A DNA stretch of 63,068 nt, counting the filler. It is 5 parts of 5 records of this genome, joined end to end, with 100 filler letters (N's around TTAATTAATTAA, not from the genome) between each part and the next. Parts side by side here need not be neighbours in the genome. Positions count along the whole stretch, not along the records: positions 19,313 to 33,991 come from SRR31156797_1828; 4 more parts are not named here. One strand, given 5' to 3'. Of this stretch, positions 21,300 to 31,547 are shown piece by piece (within the stretch, counting starts at the first letter, position 1; every line of letters begins with the position of its first letter). The position numbers were made by a program, and so were the translations under genes. A model generated the notes under the pieces. That model was not told the origin of the DNA. It saw only the letters and a list, made by a program, of their open reading frames with translations, and did no database searches.

Positions 21300-22682
21300 T
21301 TACATATCTACAAACTGTATTTTTATCTTCAAAAACTCATCTAAATTTTCAAAAAATAGATCTACTAACTTAGGATCGAACTGTTTGCCACTTTGTTCTT
21401 TAAAATATGCAAATATATCTTCATCTTTCCATGCTTGTTTATAAACCCTATCAGATCCAAGAGCATCAAATACATCTGCAATAGCAGTGATTCTCCCCTC
21501 CATTGAAATACCTTCCCCTTTTAAATGATTGGGGTAGCCATTGCCATCCCATCTTTCATGATGCTCAAAAGCAATTTTTGCAGCTGTTTTCAAAAGTGGT
21601 CTATTTGAATGTGCAAGCATTTTATAGCCAATTTCTGCATGCGTTCGCATGATCACAAACTCTTCTTCTGTAAGTTTCCCAGGTTTGTGTAAAATACTAT
21701 CACTAATCCCAACTTTTCCTATATCATGCATAGGGGAAGCATCAGCTAATAAAGATACATTTTGATCACTTAATCCCACTAGTTTCCCTAATAACCTAGA
21801 ATACTCAGCTACTCTTTTGACATGATTTCCTGTCTCTTTGCTTCTTGTCTCCCCTATAGCACCCATAGTAAACACAACTTCTTTTTGAGTATTTTCTATC
21901 TCTTGTTGTAAGTTATAGATATCTGTTATATCATTTCTTACACTTATGTACTCTTTGATCTCCCCCTTGGAATCTAAAATAGGCATGATAGTGCTTTGTA
22001 CCACATAGTAACCACCATCTTTTTTTATATTTTTCATCTCCCCTTGCCATATTTTTTTATCTGTTATGGTATTCCAAAGCTCTTTATAAAAACTCTTAGG
22101 AGTGTCTGGATCTCTAACCACACGATGAGACTGTCCAATCAATTCACTTTTTGAATAGCCTGATATTTTTACAAAAGCATCATTGGCATAAGTGATCCTT
22201 CCTTTCTTATCTGTTTTTGAAACTATAGTACTTTTATCTACAACCTCTTTGTATTGGTTAAGTAAGTTTATATTTGATTCAAGATTCAATTCTAAATTGT
22301 GCTTTTGTTCAGATAAAAGAAGATGACTGCTCACACGAGATAATACTTCTCTTGCTTTAAAAGGTTTGGTTATATAATCCACTCCACCCACATCATACGC
22401 TTTTTCTATGGAGTCTTCATCTGTTTTTGCAGTGATAAATATAATTGGTATATCTTTTGTAGCCTCTTGTGCTTTTAATCTTCTACATACTTCAAAGCCA
22501 TCCATGTTAGGCATCATAATGTCTAAAAGTATAAGATCAATATTTTCTTCCGCAACAAGTTCTAATCCCTCTTGAGCATCTATTGAAGCTAAAATATCAT
22601 ATTTATCCTCTAGTAGTTCGATCAATAAATTGATATTTGCTTCAATATCATCTATGATCAATATAGTTTTTAAGTCATCCAT
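21300..22682 (-). CDS. REC-PAS-HD-GYP response regulator (putative c-di-GMP phosphodiesterase)
   Basis: REC (DD, DIMMP, KP), PAS, HDIGK, HHERWDGNGYP, ADVFDAL. Confidence 0.93.
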   Translation of the reverse strand: MDDLKTILIIDDIEANINLLIELLEDKYDILASIDAQEGLELVAEENIDLILLDIMMPNMDGFEVCRRLKAQEATKDIPIIFITAKTDEDSIEKAYDVGGVDYITKPFKAREVLSRVSSHLLLSEQKHNLELNLESNINLLNQYKEVVDKSTIVSKTDKKGRITYANDAFVKISGYSKSELIGQSHRVVRDPDTPKSFYKELWNTITDKKIWQGEMKNIKKDGGYYVVQSTIMPILDSKGEIKEYISVRNDITDIYNLQQEIENTQKEVVFTMGAIGETRSKETGNHVKRVAEYSRLLGKLVGLSDQNVSLLADASPMHDIGKVGISDSILHKPGKLTEEEFVIMRTHAEIGYKMLAHSNRPLLKTAAKIAFEHHERWDGNGYPNHLKGEGISMEGRITAIADVFDALGSDRVYKQAWKDEDIFAYFKEQSGKQFDPKLVDLFFENLDEFLKIKIQFVDM

Positions 22683-22762
22683 TTGTTATTTATTCCTTAT
22701 AAACTTTTTATGAACCATTTTAACATTTTTACAAAATATAATCAAATGTAAAATTTCTTTAG

Positions 22763-22796
22763 TTGCGATTAATACGCGACTTAATTTAATTAATAT
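22763..22796 (+). promoter_or_regulatory. GCGA direct-repeat box and -10 upstream of the NDH-2-like gene
   Basis: TT-GCGA-TTAATAC-GCGA-CTTAATTTAAT-TAATAT. Confidence 0.7.
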
Positions 22797-22831
22797 TCCT
22801 TTTGAATAAAAATAAAAAAGAGATATGATTT

Positions 22832-24013
22832 ATGAATATAGTAATTATTGGAGCAGGATACGGTGGGCTTAGAGCCATAGAAAAACTTATAAAAAATGAT
22901 AACTTAAATATAACACTCATAGATGAAAACCCTTATCATTATATGCAAACAGAAGCCTATGGATATATCGCAGATAAATTTGATATTTGTGATATAACAG
23001 TCAATATCCAAAGCTGGTGTGATGGATTTTCAAACCATATTAATTTTGTGAATGAAAAAGCTTTAGAGATAGATACAAAAAAAAACCAAGTTAAAACTAC
23101 AACCAAAACCCTCCCTTATGATCAACTGATCATAGCTACAGGAGCCAAAACAAACTTTCCAAGTTTTATAGAGGGTCTACAAGAGCATACTTATGGGGTG
23201 AAAGTACTTGATAGAGCCTATGAGCTTAAAAGAAAATTTGAAAAAACTATCTATAAAAAAGTACGCCATGATGGAGATGAGTCTTTTAATATTCTCATCG
23301 GAGGAGCTGGTTTAAGTGGAGTGGAGATCGCTGCTGAGATGGCATATATCTCTAAAAAATTCACAAAAAGTTCTGGTCTAAAATATAGTAACATCAATAT
23401 CCATCTTATAGAAGCATATGAGACTATTTTAAATGGTATGGATGAGTATATTATACATAAAACAATGGATAGATTAAAAGATCTTGGAGTCAAAGTGATG
23501 ACTAACTCTTTTATAACGAAAGTAGAAAAAAATAAACTTGAACTAAAAAATGGCACTCTATTAGATTTTGACTTTATGATATTTACAGGAGGAATTAAAG
23601 CGACAGGAATCAATGAAACCTTCAATGTGGCAAAAAATAGACTTAATCAGTTTATCGTAGATCAATATCTAAATGTTGATGGACATGAAAATATTTATGC
23701 CATTGGAGATTGTGCAGAGATCAAAAACACCAATGGAGATATTATGCCTCCAACTGCACAAGTAGCAGAACAATGTGCTGCAAACGTAGCAAAAAATATA
23801 ATTCTAAAATCTACTAATAAAAGTATCAAACCATATAAAGGTCGAATCGATGGGATGTTTATAGCCTTAGGTGGAAACTATGCTGTTGGGACTATGTTCA
23901 ATAAAATAAAATTCCAAGGCTACCTTGCATATTCAATCAAAAAAGCTATCACAAAAATGTATCATTATGGATTGATATTTCGATTAAATAATAGCTTTAA
24001 ATTAAGAAACTAA
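22832..24013 (+). CDS. Type II NADH dehydrogenase-family FAD oxidoreductase
   Basis: GAGYGG, ATG, GAGLSGVEIAAE, YAIGDCA, PPTAQVA motifs. Confidence 0.85.
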   Translation: MNIVIIGAGYGGLRAIEKLIKNDNLNITLIDENPYHYMQTEAYGYIADKFDICDITVNIQSWCDGFSNHINFVNEKALEIDTKKNQVKTTTKTLPYDQLIIATGAKTNFPSFIEGLQEHTYGVKVLDRAYELKRKFEKTIYKKVRHDGDESFNILIGGAGLSGVEIAAEMAYISKKFTKSSGLKYSNINIHLIEAYETILNGMDEYIIHKTMDRLKDLGVKVMTNSFITKVEKNKLELKNGTLLDFDFMIFTGGIKATGINETFNVAKNRLNQFIVDQYLNVDGHENIYAIGDCAEIKNTNGDIMPPTAQVAEQCAANVAKNIILKSTNKSIKPYKGRIDGMFIALGGNYAVGTMFNKIKFQGYLAYSIKKAITKMYHYGLIFRLNNSFKLRN

Positions 24014-24029
24014 TCAAATAGGAGAAACA

Positions 24030-24410
24030 ATGAAAGATATTAAATTCCCATTTTTAGAACATACTGGGGCAGAACTAAAAAGCTTTGAAAAAGGGGAAGC
24101 GGAAGTTGAGCTTCATGTTCAGCCATACCATCTCCAACATATGGGTTTCATTCATGGAGGAGTAATATCTACACTTATGGATAATACTGGCTGGTATGCA
24201 GCTGTATCAAATCTTGAAAATGGTTATACTGCTGTCACTATGGAGATAAAGATAAATTACCTTAAACCTGCATCAGGAAAATACTTAGTAGCAACTGCTA
24301 ATGTGAAAAGACAAGGAAGAACCACAGCTTTTGTAACCATTGAACTTCATGATAATGACAAGCTTGTGGCCTTTGCTACAGGTACCTATGCCATTATAAA
24401 AGAACAATAA
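24030..24410 (+). CDS. PaaI-family hotdog thioesterase
   Basis: GFIHGGVISTLMD and INYLKP motifs. Confidence 0.92.
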   Translation: MKDIKFPFLEHTGAELKSFEKGEAEVELHVQPYHLQHMGFIHGGVISTLMDNTGWYAAVSNLENGYTAVTMEIKINYLKPASGKYLVATANVKRQGRTTAFVTIELHDNDKLVAFATGTYAIIKEQ

Positions 24411-24469
24411 AAAAACCTACCCTATTTCGATTCTACACACCTTAATAATCATTACTAAAATTTATATTA

Positions 24470-24503
24470 TTGCGATTAATTAGCGATTTATTTTTATTAA
24501 CAT
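24470..24503 (+). promoter_or_regulatory. GCGA direct-repeat box and -10 upstream of the porin
   Basis: TT-GCGA-TTAATTA-GCGA-TTTATTTTTAT-TAACAT. Confidence 0.7.
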
Positions 24504-24534
24504 CATTTTAGAATTTTTTATTAAAAGGACAAAA

Positions 24535-25713
24535 ATGAAAAAATTAAGTTTAGTTACAGCGATCGCGATCTCATCTATTGCAACATGTGCAATAGCAAAT
24601 GATAGTTTAGAAGATGCTTTTAAAAATACAAAAGCAAGTGGTGTAATAAAAGCGGTACATTTTGATTCAAATTTTTTAGGAAATACAGAATCAGATAGTA
24701 TGAGCATGCTTGGTGGTAGATTCAATGTAACCACTGGAGAGTTTTACAATACAAAACTTGCAGCAACTTTCCAAACTTCTCATGAACTAGATAGTGATAT
24801 CAAAAATGGTGTTTTTACAAACACTTTAGATGCTACAGGTTCTGTTTTATCTGAAGTTTATTTAAATTCAAAATTCTCAAATACTAACGTTACAATCGGT
24901 AGACAATTTATCAATACACCAATACTTAGCAGTGCAATTGACGGAAAATCTTCTGAAACAATTATAAAAGACTCTTTTGAAGCAATCGTTGTAAGTAATA
25001 CAGATATCCCTGATACTGTGGTTACTCTTGGATATGTTTCTAAATATCAACCACAAACAGATGGCCTTGGAGACCCAGGAGAATTTAAGGATTATGGAGA
25101 TGGAGCATTTACTTTTTATCTTAAAAACAACTCTGTTGAAAACCTAACACTTCAAGCTCAATATCTTGATGTAAATGATGGAGATACATATGTATCAAAT
25201 GATTTTACAGTCAGCTATTTACAAGCTGATTACCAACTTGGAAAACATACACTCAGTGCACAGTATTTTCATTCTAGCGATGATGTAAATGAAGATGGAA
25301 GTATGATAGGACTTAAAGCTACAGGACCTTTAGGTTTAGGAAAACTTGGATACCTAGTTGCTTATAATGGAAGTATGGGAGATGGTGATGTGATAGCTGG
25401 AGCTGGAGCTGGAACTACAGATACTGCATTTACTGCTATGCCTGTTCACGGAGGTGGAGTACCTGCTAGAGCTGATACAGATACTATAGTTGGAGCTATT
25501 GTTATCCCTGTAATGGATATCACTTTTATCCCATATGCTGGAAAATCTATGTGTGATACAGGAATTGGAGATGTGGATGCAATGGGTGCCATGGCGATCT
25601 ATCCATTTTACAAAAATGCTCTTTTAAAACTCAACTATGAAAATGTACAAACACAACATATATTTAATGAAGATACAGATACATTTAGAGCATATCTTTC
25701 ATATTCATTTTAA
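24535..25713 (+). CDS. Outer membrane porin (OprD/Campylobacterota MOMP-like)
   Basis: Signal peptide, SLEDAFKN, IGRQFINTP, C-terminal YSF. Confidence 0.85.
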   Translation: MKKLSLVTAIAISSIATCAIANDSLEDAFKNTKASGVIKAVHFDSNFLGNTESDSMSMLGGRFNVTTGEFYNTKLAATFQTSHELDSDIKNGVFTNTLDATGSVLSEVYLNSKFSNTNVTIGRQFINTPILSSAIDGKSSETIIKDSFEAIVVSNTDIPDTVVTLGYVSKYQPQTDGLGDPGEFKDYGDGAFTFYLKNNSVENLTLQAQYLDVNDGDTYVSNDFTVSYLQADYQLGKHTLSAQYFHSSDDVNEDGSMIGLKATGPLGLGKLGYLVAYNGSMGDGDVIAGAGAGTTDTAFTAMPVHGGGVPARADTDTIVGAIVIPVMDITFIPYAGKSMCDTGIGDVDAMGAMAIYPFYKNALLKLNYENVQTQHIFNEDTDTFRAYLSYSF

Positions 25714-25727
25714 AACAAATCTTATTC

Positions 25728-25762
25728 AGAATTATAACTACTACTCATGTAGTTATAATTCT
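25728..25762 (+). terminator. Rho-independent terminator after the porin
   Basis: Perfect 14-bp stem AGAATTATAACTAC / GTAGTTATAATTCT followed by a pyrimidine tract. Confidence 0.7.
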
Positions 25763-25891
25763 CTTCTTTCAACTCTTTATAAAACAGCCAAAAAATTTAC
25801 ATTATAAGATATTATTATAACTAGCTTTAAAAGTTACCTTTTGAAACATAGCAAATATTTTTACACTGTTTAAATACTTTATTTTCCAATT

Positions 25892-25925
25892 TCGCGATTA
25901 TCTAGCGATTGATTTCCGCAATAAT
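25892..25925 (+). promoter_or_regulatory. GCGA direct-repeat box and -10 upstream of the ABC operon
   Basis: TC-GCGA-TTATCTA-GCGA-TTGATTTCCGC-AATAAT. Confidence 0.68.
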
Positions 25926-25953
25926 TTTTTCAAGACAAATATAAGGAAATCTA

Positions 25954-27240
25954 ATGAATAAAAGCATTTTAACAAGACGTGAAGCTTTAAAACGTTTAGG
26001 GGGAGCTACACTTGGTAGTTTAGCTATGTTAAGTACAACTAATGCATTTGGTGCAACTAAATTAGGGGACCCTTTTAAAATAGGTTATGTAAGTCCACAA
26101 ACAGGACCACTTGCTATATTTGCAGAACCAGATGCATTTACACTCAATCAAGTCAAAGAAGCATTAAAAGATGGAATTACTATTGATGGAGTTACACATC
26201 CTGTGGAGATTGTCTATAAAGATAGCCAATCAAACTCAAATCGTGCCTCAGAAGTGGCATCACAATTGATTCTAGATGATGAAGTTGATTTAGTAATAGC
26301 TGCTAGTACACCAGCAACTACTAATCCTGTTGCTGATCAATGTGAACTCAATGGAGTTCCTTGTCTCACTACAGATACACCTTGGCAACCACACTTTTTT
26401 GGTCGAGGTGGTGATCCAAAATATGGATTTGAATGGACATACCATTTCTTTTGGGGATTAGAGGATGTTATTGGTTCATTTTCAAATCTTTGGGGACAAA
26501 TACCTACAAATAAAGTTGTAGGGGTACTTTTTCCAAATGATTCAGATGGAAATGCTTGGGGAGATCCTAAACTTGGTTTTCCACCAGTATTAGAAAAAAT
26601 GGGCTATAAAATAGTTGATCTAGGAAGATACCAATCCCCTTCAAGTGATTTTTCTTCTTATATTTATGAATTTAAAAAACAAGGTGTAGAGATCGTTACA
26701 GGTGTTATTCCACCACCAGACTTTGCAAACTTTTGGAATCAAGCAGGGCAACAAGGTTTCAATCCAAAAATTGTAACTGTAGCAAAAGCGAGTGAATTCC
26801 CTATTGCAATAGAGCCTTTTGGTAAAAGGGCAAATAATCTAAGTGTAGAGGTATGGTGGTCTCCAACACATCCATATACATCTGGGCTTACAGGGCAAAC
26901 TTCAGAGCAACTTGCAAGTGCATATACAAAAGCAACAGGGAAACAATGGACTATGCCACTAGGATTTAAGCATGCTTTATTTGAGGTTGCCATTGATGCT
27001 CTTAAACGATCAAAAGGTCCAAAAAACCCAGAAGCATTAAGAGATGCTATTGCAAATACAGATTATTCATCCGTTGTTGGACCAGTAAATTTTAAAACAG
27101 GACCTGTTCCAAATATAAGTAAAACTCCTTTAGTTGCAGGACAGTGGAAGAAAAAAGAGAAAGGCTTAGAGTTAGTGATTGTTGAAAACTCACAAGCAGC
27201 AGCTATAAAAGTTCAAGATAAATTAGAACCTATTAACTAA
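25954..27240 (+). CDS. Liv/HAAT-family ABC substrate-binding protein with Tat signal
   Basis: TRREALK twin-arginine leader; KIGYVSPQTGPLA; heads a Liv-type operon. Confidence 0.9.
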   Translation: MNKSILTRREALKRLGGATLGSLAMLSTTNAFGATKLGDPFKIGYVSPQTGPLAIFAEPDAFTLNQVKEALKDGITIDGVTHPVEIVYKDSQSNSNRASEVASQLILDDEVDLVIAASTPATTNPVADQCELNGVPCLTTDTPWQPHFFGRGGDPKYGFEWTYHFFWGLEDVIGSFSNLWGQIPTNKVVGVLFPNDSDGNAWGDPKLGFPPVLEKMGYKIVDLGRYQSPSSDFSSYIYEFKKQGVEIVTGVIPPPDFANFWNQAGQQGFNPKIVTVAKASEFPIAIEPFGKRANNLSVEVWWSPTHPYTSGLTGQTSEQLASAYTKATGKQWTMPLGFKHALFEVAIDALKRSKGPKNPEALRDAIANTDYSSVVGPVNFKTGPVPNISKTPLVAGQWKKKEKGLELVIVENSQAAAIKVQDKLEPIN

Positions 27241-27262
27241 AAAATCTTCAAAAAATATCTAT

Positions 27263-27296
27263 GTCCATAATATACTAAAATATATTATGGACTTTT
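27263..27296 (+). terminator. Stem-loop between the binding protein and ATPase genes (partial terminator or mRNA stabiliser)
   Basis: 12-bp stem GTCCATAATATA / TATATTATGGAC followed by TTTT. Confidence 0.6.
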
Positions 27297-27317
27297 AATT
27301 TAACAATAGGAGTTTAC

Positions 27318-28040
27318 TTGAGTTTATTAAAAGTACAAAATGTTTCAAAAAACTTTGGCTCATTAAAAGTAACAGATGATTTATCATTTGAATTAAAAGA
27401 GGGTGAAGCTTTAGGGATTTTAGGTCCTAATGGTGCAGGGAAAACCACACTATTTAACCTTATCTCTGGAGATATAAAACCTGATACTGGGGATATATTG
27501 TTCAATGATACAAGTATCTTAGCTTTAAATCCATCAGATAGATGTATTGAGGGATTTGGGAGAACCTATCAGATACCACACCCGTTTGAGGGGATGAGTG
27601 TATTTGAAAATGTTATGGTAGGTGCTGTTTTTGGTAATAACTATTCAGAACTTGAAGCTGAAGAATTAGCTTTAAAGGTATTGGAACAAACTGGTTTAAT
27701 TGATAAGGCTGAGCAATTAGCTGGGAGTCTATCTTTATTGGAGAGAAAAAGATTGGAACTTGCAAAGGCTTTAGCAACCAAACCAAAGATATTACTACTT
27801 GATGAGATTGCTGGTGGACTTACTGAACATGAGGTTCATGACCTTATATCTCTTATTCTAGATATAAAAAAAGAGGGTGTGTCAATTATTTGGATCGAAC
27901 ACATTGTTCATGCACTTTTATCAGTTGTAGATAGGATTATAGCCATAAATTTTGGGCAGATGCTTATAGAAGGAGAACCTAAAATGGTTATGGAGAGTCC
28001 TGAAGTAAAAGAAGTGTATATGGGGATAGAGATAGAATGA
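27318..28040 (+). CDS. ABC ATPase, LivG-like
   Basis: GPNGAGKTT, RTYQIP, LLLDE, IEH. Confidence 0.92.
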   Translation: MSLLKVQNVSKNFGSLKVTDDLSFELKEGEALGILGPNGAGKTTLFNLISGDIKPDTGDILFNDTSILALNPSDRCIEGFGRTYQIPHPFEGMSVFENVMVGAVFGNNYSELEAEELALKVLEQTGLIDKAEQLAGSLSLLERKRLELAKALATKPKILLLDEIAGGLTEHEVHDLISLILDIKKEGVSIIWIEHIVHALLSVVDRIIAINFGQMLIEGEPKMVMESPEVKEVYMGIEIE

Positions 28041-28735
28041 GTATTTTAGAATGTAAAAACGTAATATCAAAGTATGGAGACTTTCAAGCTCTTTTTGGGA
28101 TAGATTTTTATCTTGAGGAAGGTGAGACTGTAGCTATCATTGGCTCTAATGGAGCTGGAAAATCTACTTTTTTAAAATCAATTACAGGTTTAATAAGTGT
28201 AGAAAACAATTCCATCTCCCTTAGTGGTGAAAAAATTGGTGGCCTACCTGCGGATGAAATAACAAAACTTGGAATTGCAATGGTTCCTGAGGGAAGAAGA
28301 CTTTTCCCTAGTTTAACAGTGGAAGAGAATCTATTAATAGGGAAAGAATCAAATCGTGAAGGCTTTTGGAATCTGGAGAAAGTTTATGAGGTTTTTCCAA
28401 TTTTAAAAGAGAGAAGAAAAACTCCAGGAACTGCCCTCTCAGGTGGACAGCAACAAATGGTTGCAATAGGAAGAGCATTGATGTCAAACCCTAAAGTTTT
28501 ACTATGTGATGAAATATCATTAGGACTCGCACCTGTGGTTGTAAAAGACATATATTCTATTTTTCCTGAAATAAAATCTCAAGGGATATCTATAGTGATA
28601 GTTGAACAAGATATGAATCAAGCTTTGAGTGTTTCTGATAGAGTTTATTGTCTTCAAGAGGGGCGAGTATCTCTACACGGTAAACCAGCAGAGTTAACAC
28701 ATGATGAAATCTCAAAAGCGTATTTTGGAGTATAG
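28037..28735 (+). CDS. ABC ATPase, LivF-like
   Basis: GSNGAGKST, VPEGRRLF, LSGGQQQM, SLGLAP. Confidence 0.92.
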   Translation: MSILECKNVISKYGDFQALFGIDFYLEEGETVAIIGSNGAGKSTFLKSITGLISVENNSISLSGEKIGGLPADEITKLGIAMVPEGRRLFPSLTVEENLLIGKESNREGFWNLEKVYEVFPILKERRKTPGTALSGGQQQMVAIGRALMSNPKVLLCDEISLGLAPVVVKDIYSIFPEIKSQGISIVIVEQDMNQALSVSDRVYCLQEGRVSLHGKPAELTHDEISKAYFGV

Positions 28736-29610
28736 TGATGATAGAATGGATTAATATTTTAGCACAAGGTATACTCCTTGGTGGTCTTTATGCTCTTTTT
28801 GCTACAGGACTCTCTTTATCTTTTGGTGTAATGAGAATAATCAATATGGCTCATGGAGATTTTATTATCATGTCAGCATATTTAGCTTTTGCCATTGTTC
28901 AACCTTTAGGGATCAACCCTTTTTATATGATACTTTTAGCGGTGCCACTTATGGCATTTTTTGGGTATCTCTTACAAAGACTAGTACTCAATAGAATCTT
29001 AGGAAAAGATGTAATGCCAGCACTTCTAGTAACCTTTGGTATGTCAATCATCATCCAAAATATACTCTTAGAGATCTTTTCAGCAGATTTTAGAGGACTC
29101 AATGCTGGAGATGTGGAAATTGCAAGTATAAATTTAGGTGAAAATATCGCCATTGGGGTTTTCCCATTGATCACTATTATTATTGCAATTGCAGTGATTT
29201 TAGGACTTCAATATATCTTTTACCGTACGAAACTAGGACGATGTTTTCGTGCAACTTCAGATGATCATGAGATAGCCCAAATCATGGGTATAAAAACAAA
29301 ACATATCTATGCTATGGCCATGGGCTTAGCCCTTGGTGTCACAGCTATTGCAGGGGTATTACTTGCTATTAGAACAAACTTTGATCCATCAGCTGGTCCT
29401 CTTCAACTTTTATATGCTTTTGAGGTTGTGATTATAGGAGGTCTTGGTTCTTTTTGGGGAACTTTAGTTGGTGGTATTATTTTAGGTGTAACCCAAACCA
29501 TTGGCTCCCATATTGATCCTGGCTGGGGTATTTTAGCTGGACATATTATATTTATCATTATCTTAATGATTAGACCAAATGGGTTATTCCCAAAAACGAA
29601 GGAGAAGTGA
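28735..29610 (+). CDS. ABC permease, LivH-like
   Basis: GLSLSFGVMRIINMAHG, IIGGLGS, RPNGLF. Confidence 0.92.
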   Translation: MMIEWINILAQGILLGGLYALFATGLSLSFGVMRIINMAHGDFIIMSAYLAFAIVQPLGINPFYMILLAVPLMAFFGYLLQRLVLNRILGKDVMPALLVTFGMSIIIQNILLEIFSADFRGLNAGDVEIASINLGENIAIGVFPLITIIIAIAVILGLQYIFYRTKLGRCFRATSDDHEIAQIMGIKTKHIYAMAMGLALGVTAIAGVLLAIRTNFDPSAGPLQLLYAFEVVIIGGLGSFWGTLVGGIILGVTQTIGSHIDPGWGILAGHIIFIIILMIRPNGLFPKTKEK

Positions 29611-30620
29611 TGAGTAGTATCTTAGACAGATATGAGATAACAAGAGGAAATAAAGTTACCAAAGGTTTTACTATCTTCACAATACTTTTTATAATCTTTC
29701 TTGCCTCAACTCCTTGGTGGCTAGGACGCGCAGATATTAGAAAGATCACAGAGTTTTTATATATACTCTCCTTGGCACAGATGTGGAATCTACTTGCTGG
29801 ATATGGGGGTTTACTATCGGTTGGTCAACAACTTTTTATAGGAATTGGAGCGTATTGTTTAGTAATTTTTGCCTATAAAATGGGGATGGATCCATTTTTA
29901 GTGATACCATTAGCTGGGTTTGTTTCTTTACTGGTTGCTTATGGGGTTTCCCATGTAGCTTTTAGGCTAAAAGGTGCATATTTTGCAGTGGGTACTTGGG
30001 TACTAGCAGAAACCTTTAGATTACTTTTTTCAAATGTATCTTGGCTTGGTGGAGGTTCAGGATTATCTATCACAGGAGCAATGAGAGGGATACCTACTTG
30101 GTGGAGGGAATCACTTACTTTATGGTTTGCTATATTCTTAGGTATAGGGTCTGTTTTATTGGTAAGTTATCTTCTTCGCTCAAAATATGGTCTTTCACTA
30201 ACCGCTGTTAGAGATAGCGAAGTGGCAAGTGAAAGTTTAGGTATAAAAGTGAAAAAAGTAAAACTTATGGTTTATTTGATCGCTGGATTTGTATGTGGTA
30301 TGGCAGGGGCATTAATATTTATCACAAAGCTTAGGGTTTCTCCTGAAGCAGCTTTTTCCATAGATTGGACAGCTATAATGTTTTTCATAGTTGTCATTGG
30401 TGGAATTGGAACAATTGAGGGTCCTATTATTGGTACTTTAGTTTATATAACAATGAGAGAAACTTTAGATGATTTTGGTACTTGGTATTTAATTATCTTA
30501 GGTTTATTTACTATTATCATTATGATAAAAGCACCACAAGGATTATGGGGACTTATACGCAGTCGCTTCAATAATTTGCACTTCTTTGCAATTAGGCGGC
30601 ATGTTAAAAAGAAAGAATAA
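29607..30620 (+). CDS. ABC permease, LivM-like
   Basis: WNLLAGYGGLLSVG, RLKGAYFA, AVRDSE, IGGIGTIEGP. Confidence 0.92.
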   Translation: MMSSILDRYEITRGNKVTKGFTIFTILFIIFLASTPWWLGRADIRKITEFLYILSLAQMWNLLAGYGGLLSVGQQLFIGIGAYCLVIFAYKMGMDPFLVIPLAGFVSLLVAYGVSHVAFRLKGAYFAVGTWVLAETFRLLFSNVSWLGGGSGLSITGAMRGIPTWWRESLTLWFAIFLGIGSVLLVSYLLRSKYGLSLTAVRDSEVASESLGIKVKKVKLMVYLIAGFVCGMAGALIFITKLRVSPEAAFSIDWTAIMFFIVVIGGIGTIEGPIIGTLVYITMRETLDDFGTWYLIILGLFTIIIMIKAPQGLWGLIRSRFNNLHFFAIRRHVKKKE

Positions 30621-30669
30621 AACTATAAATAATATTATTCTATAATAGCGCAAAAAATTAAGGATAGCT

Positions 30670-31524
30670 ATGAAAAATAAAGTAGTTGTTTACCAAGGAG
30701 TTGAGGGAGCTTACTCTCATCTCTCTTGTAATACAGTATTTCCAAACTCTATTTTACAACCATCAAAGTCTTTTCATGAAGCGATGCAGTTAGTTGAGCA
30801 GGATAAAGCAGATTTTGCCATGATACCTATTGAAAATACTTCAGCAGGAAGAGTTGAAGAGATATATAGGCTCATACCAAATATGCAATTGCATATTATC
30901 AAAGAACACTTTCAAATTATAAACCATGCACTGCTTAGTGTAAAAGGGAATAGTATTGAAAATCTAAAATATGTATCTTCCCACCCCCAAGCCTTAGCTC
31001 AATGTGCAAACAATATCAAACGTCTTAATCTTGAGCCTATAGCAAAATTTGATACAGCAGGGGCAGCAAAAGAGTTATTAGAATTTCAAGATAATTCCCA
31101 TGCAGTGATCGCTTCAACTTTAGCAGCAGAGATTTATGGTTTAGATATTTTAGATGATAGTTTTATGGACCATAAAGGGAATGTTACACGTTTTTTGATT
31201 CTTTCAAAAAATAGTGCTATTCCTGAATATGATCCAAAGAAACGATATATAACATCTCTCATTTTTTATGTAAAAAATATCCCTGCAGCTTTATATAAGG
31301 CTTTAGGTGGCTTTGCAACCAATGGGATTGATCTTATTAAAATTGAAAGTTATTCACCACTGGGCAGTGTTTACTCAGCCCAGTTTCATATAGATCTTTA
31401 TGGACACACAGATAATCAAAATCTCAAAAATGCCTTAGATGAGCTATCCTATTTTTCTGAAGGATTAAAAGTGATTGGGGTATATGAAAGAGATCCACAT
31501 AGAGATACTATGGGTATGGTTTAA
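30670..31524 (+). CDS. pheA: Monofunctional prephenate dehydratase (PDT-ACT)
   Basis: YQGVEGAYS, PIENT, SHPQALAQC, NVTRF motif, ACT domain; no chorismate mutase domain. Confidence 0.88.
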   Translation: MKNKVVVYQGVEGAYSHLSCNTVFPNSILQPSKSFHEAMQLVEQDKADFAMIPIENTSAGRVEEIYRLIPNMQLHIIKEHFQIINHALLSVKGNSIENLKYVSSHPQALAQCANNIKRLNLEPIAKFDTAGAAKELLEFQDNSHAVIASTLAAEIYGLDILDDSFMDHKGNVTRFLILSKNSAIPEYDPKKRYITSLIFYVKNIPAALYKALGGFATNGIDLIKIESYSPLGSVYSAQFHIDLYGHTDNQNLKNALDELSYFSEGLKVIGVYERDPHRDTMGMV

Positions 31525-31547
31525 AAAATATAGCATTTTAGTAAAAA

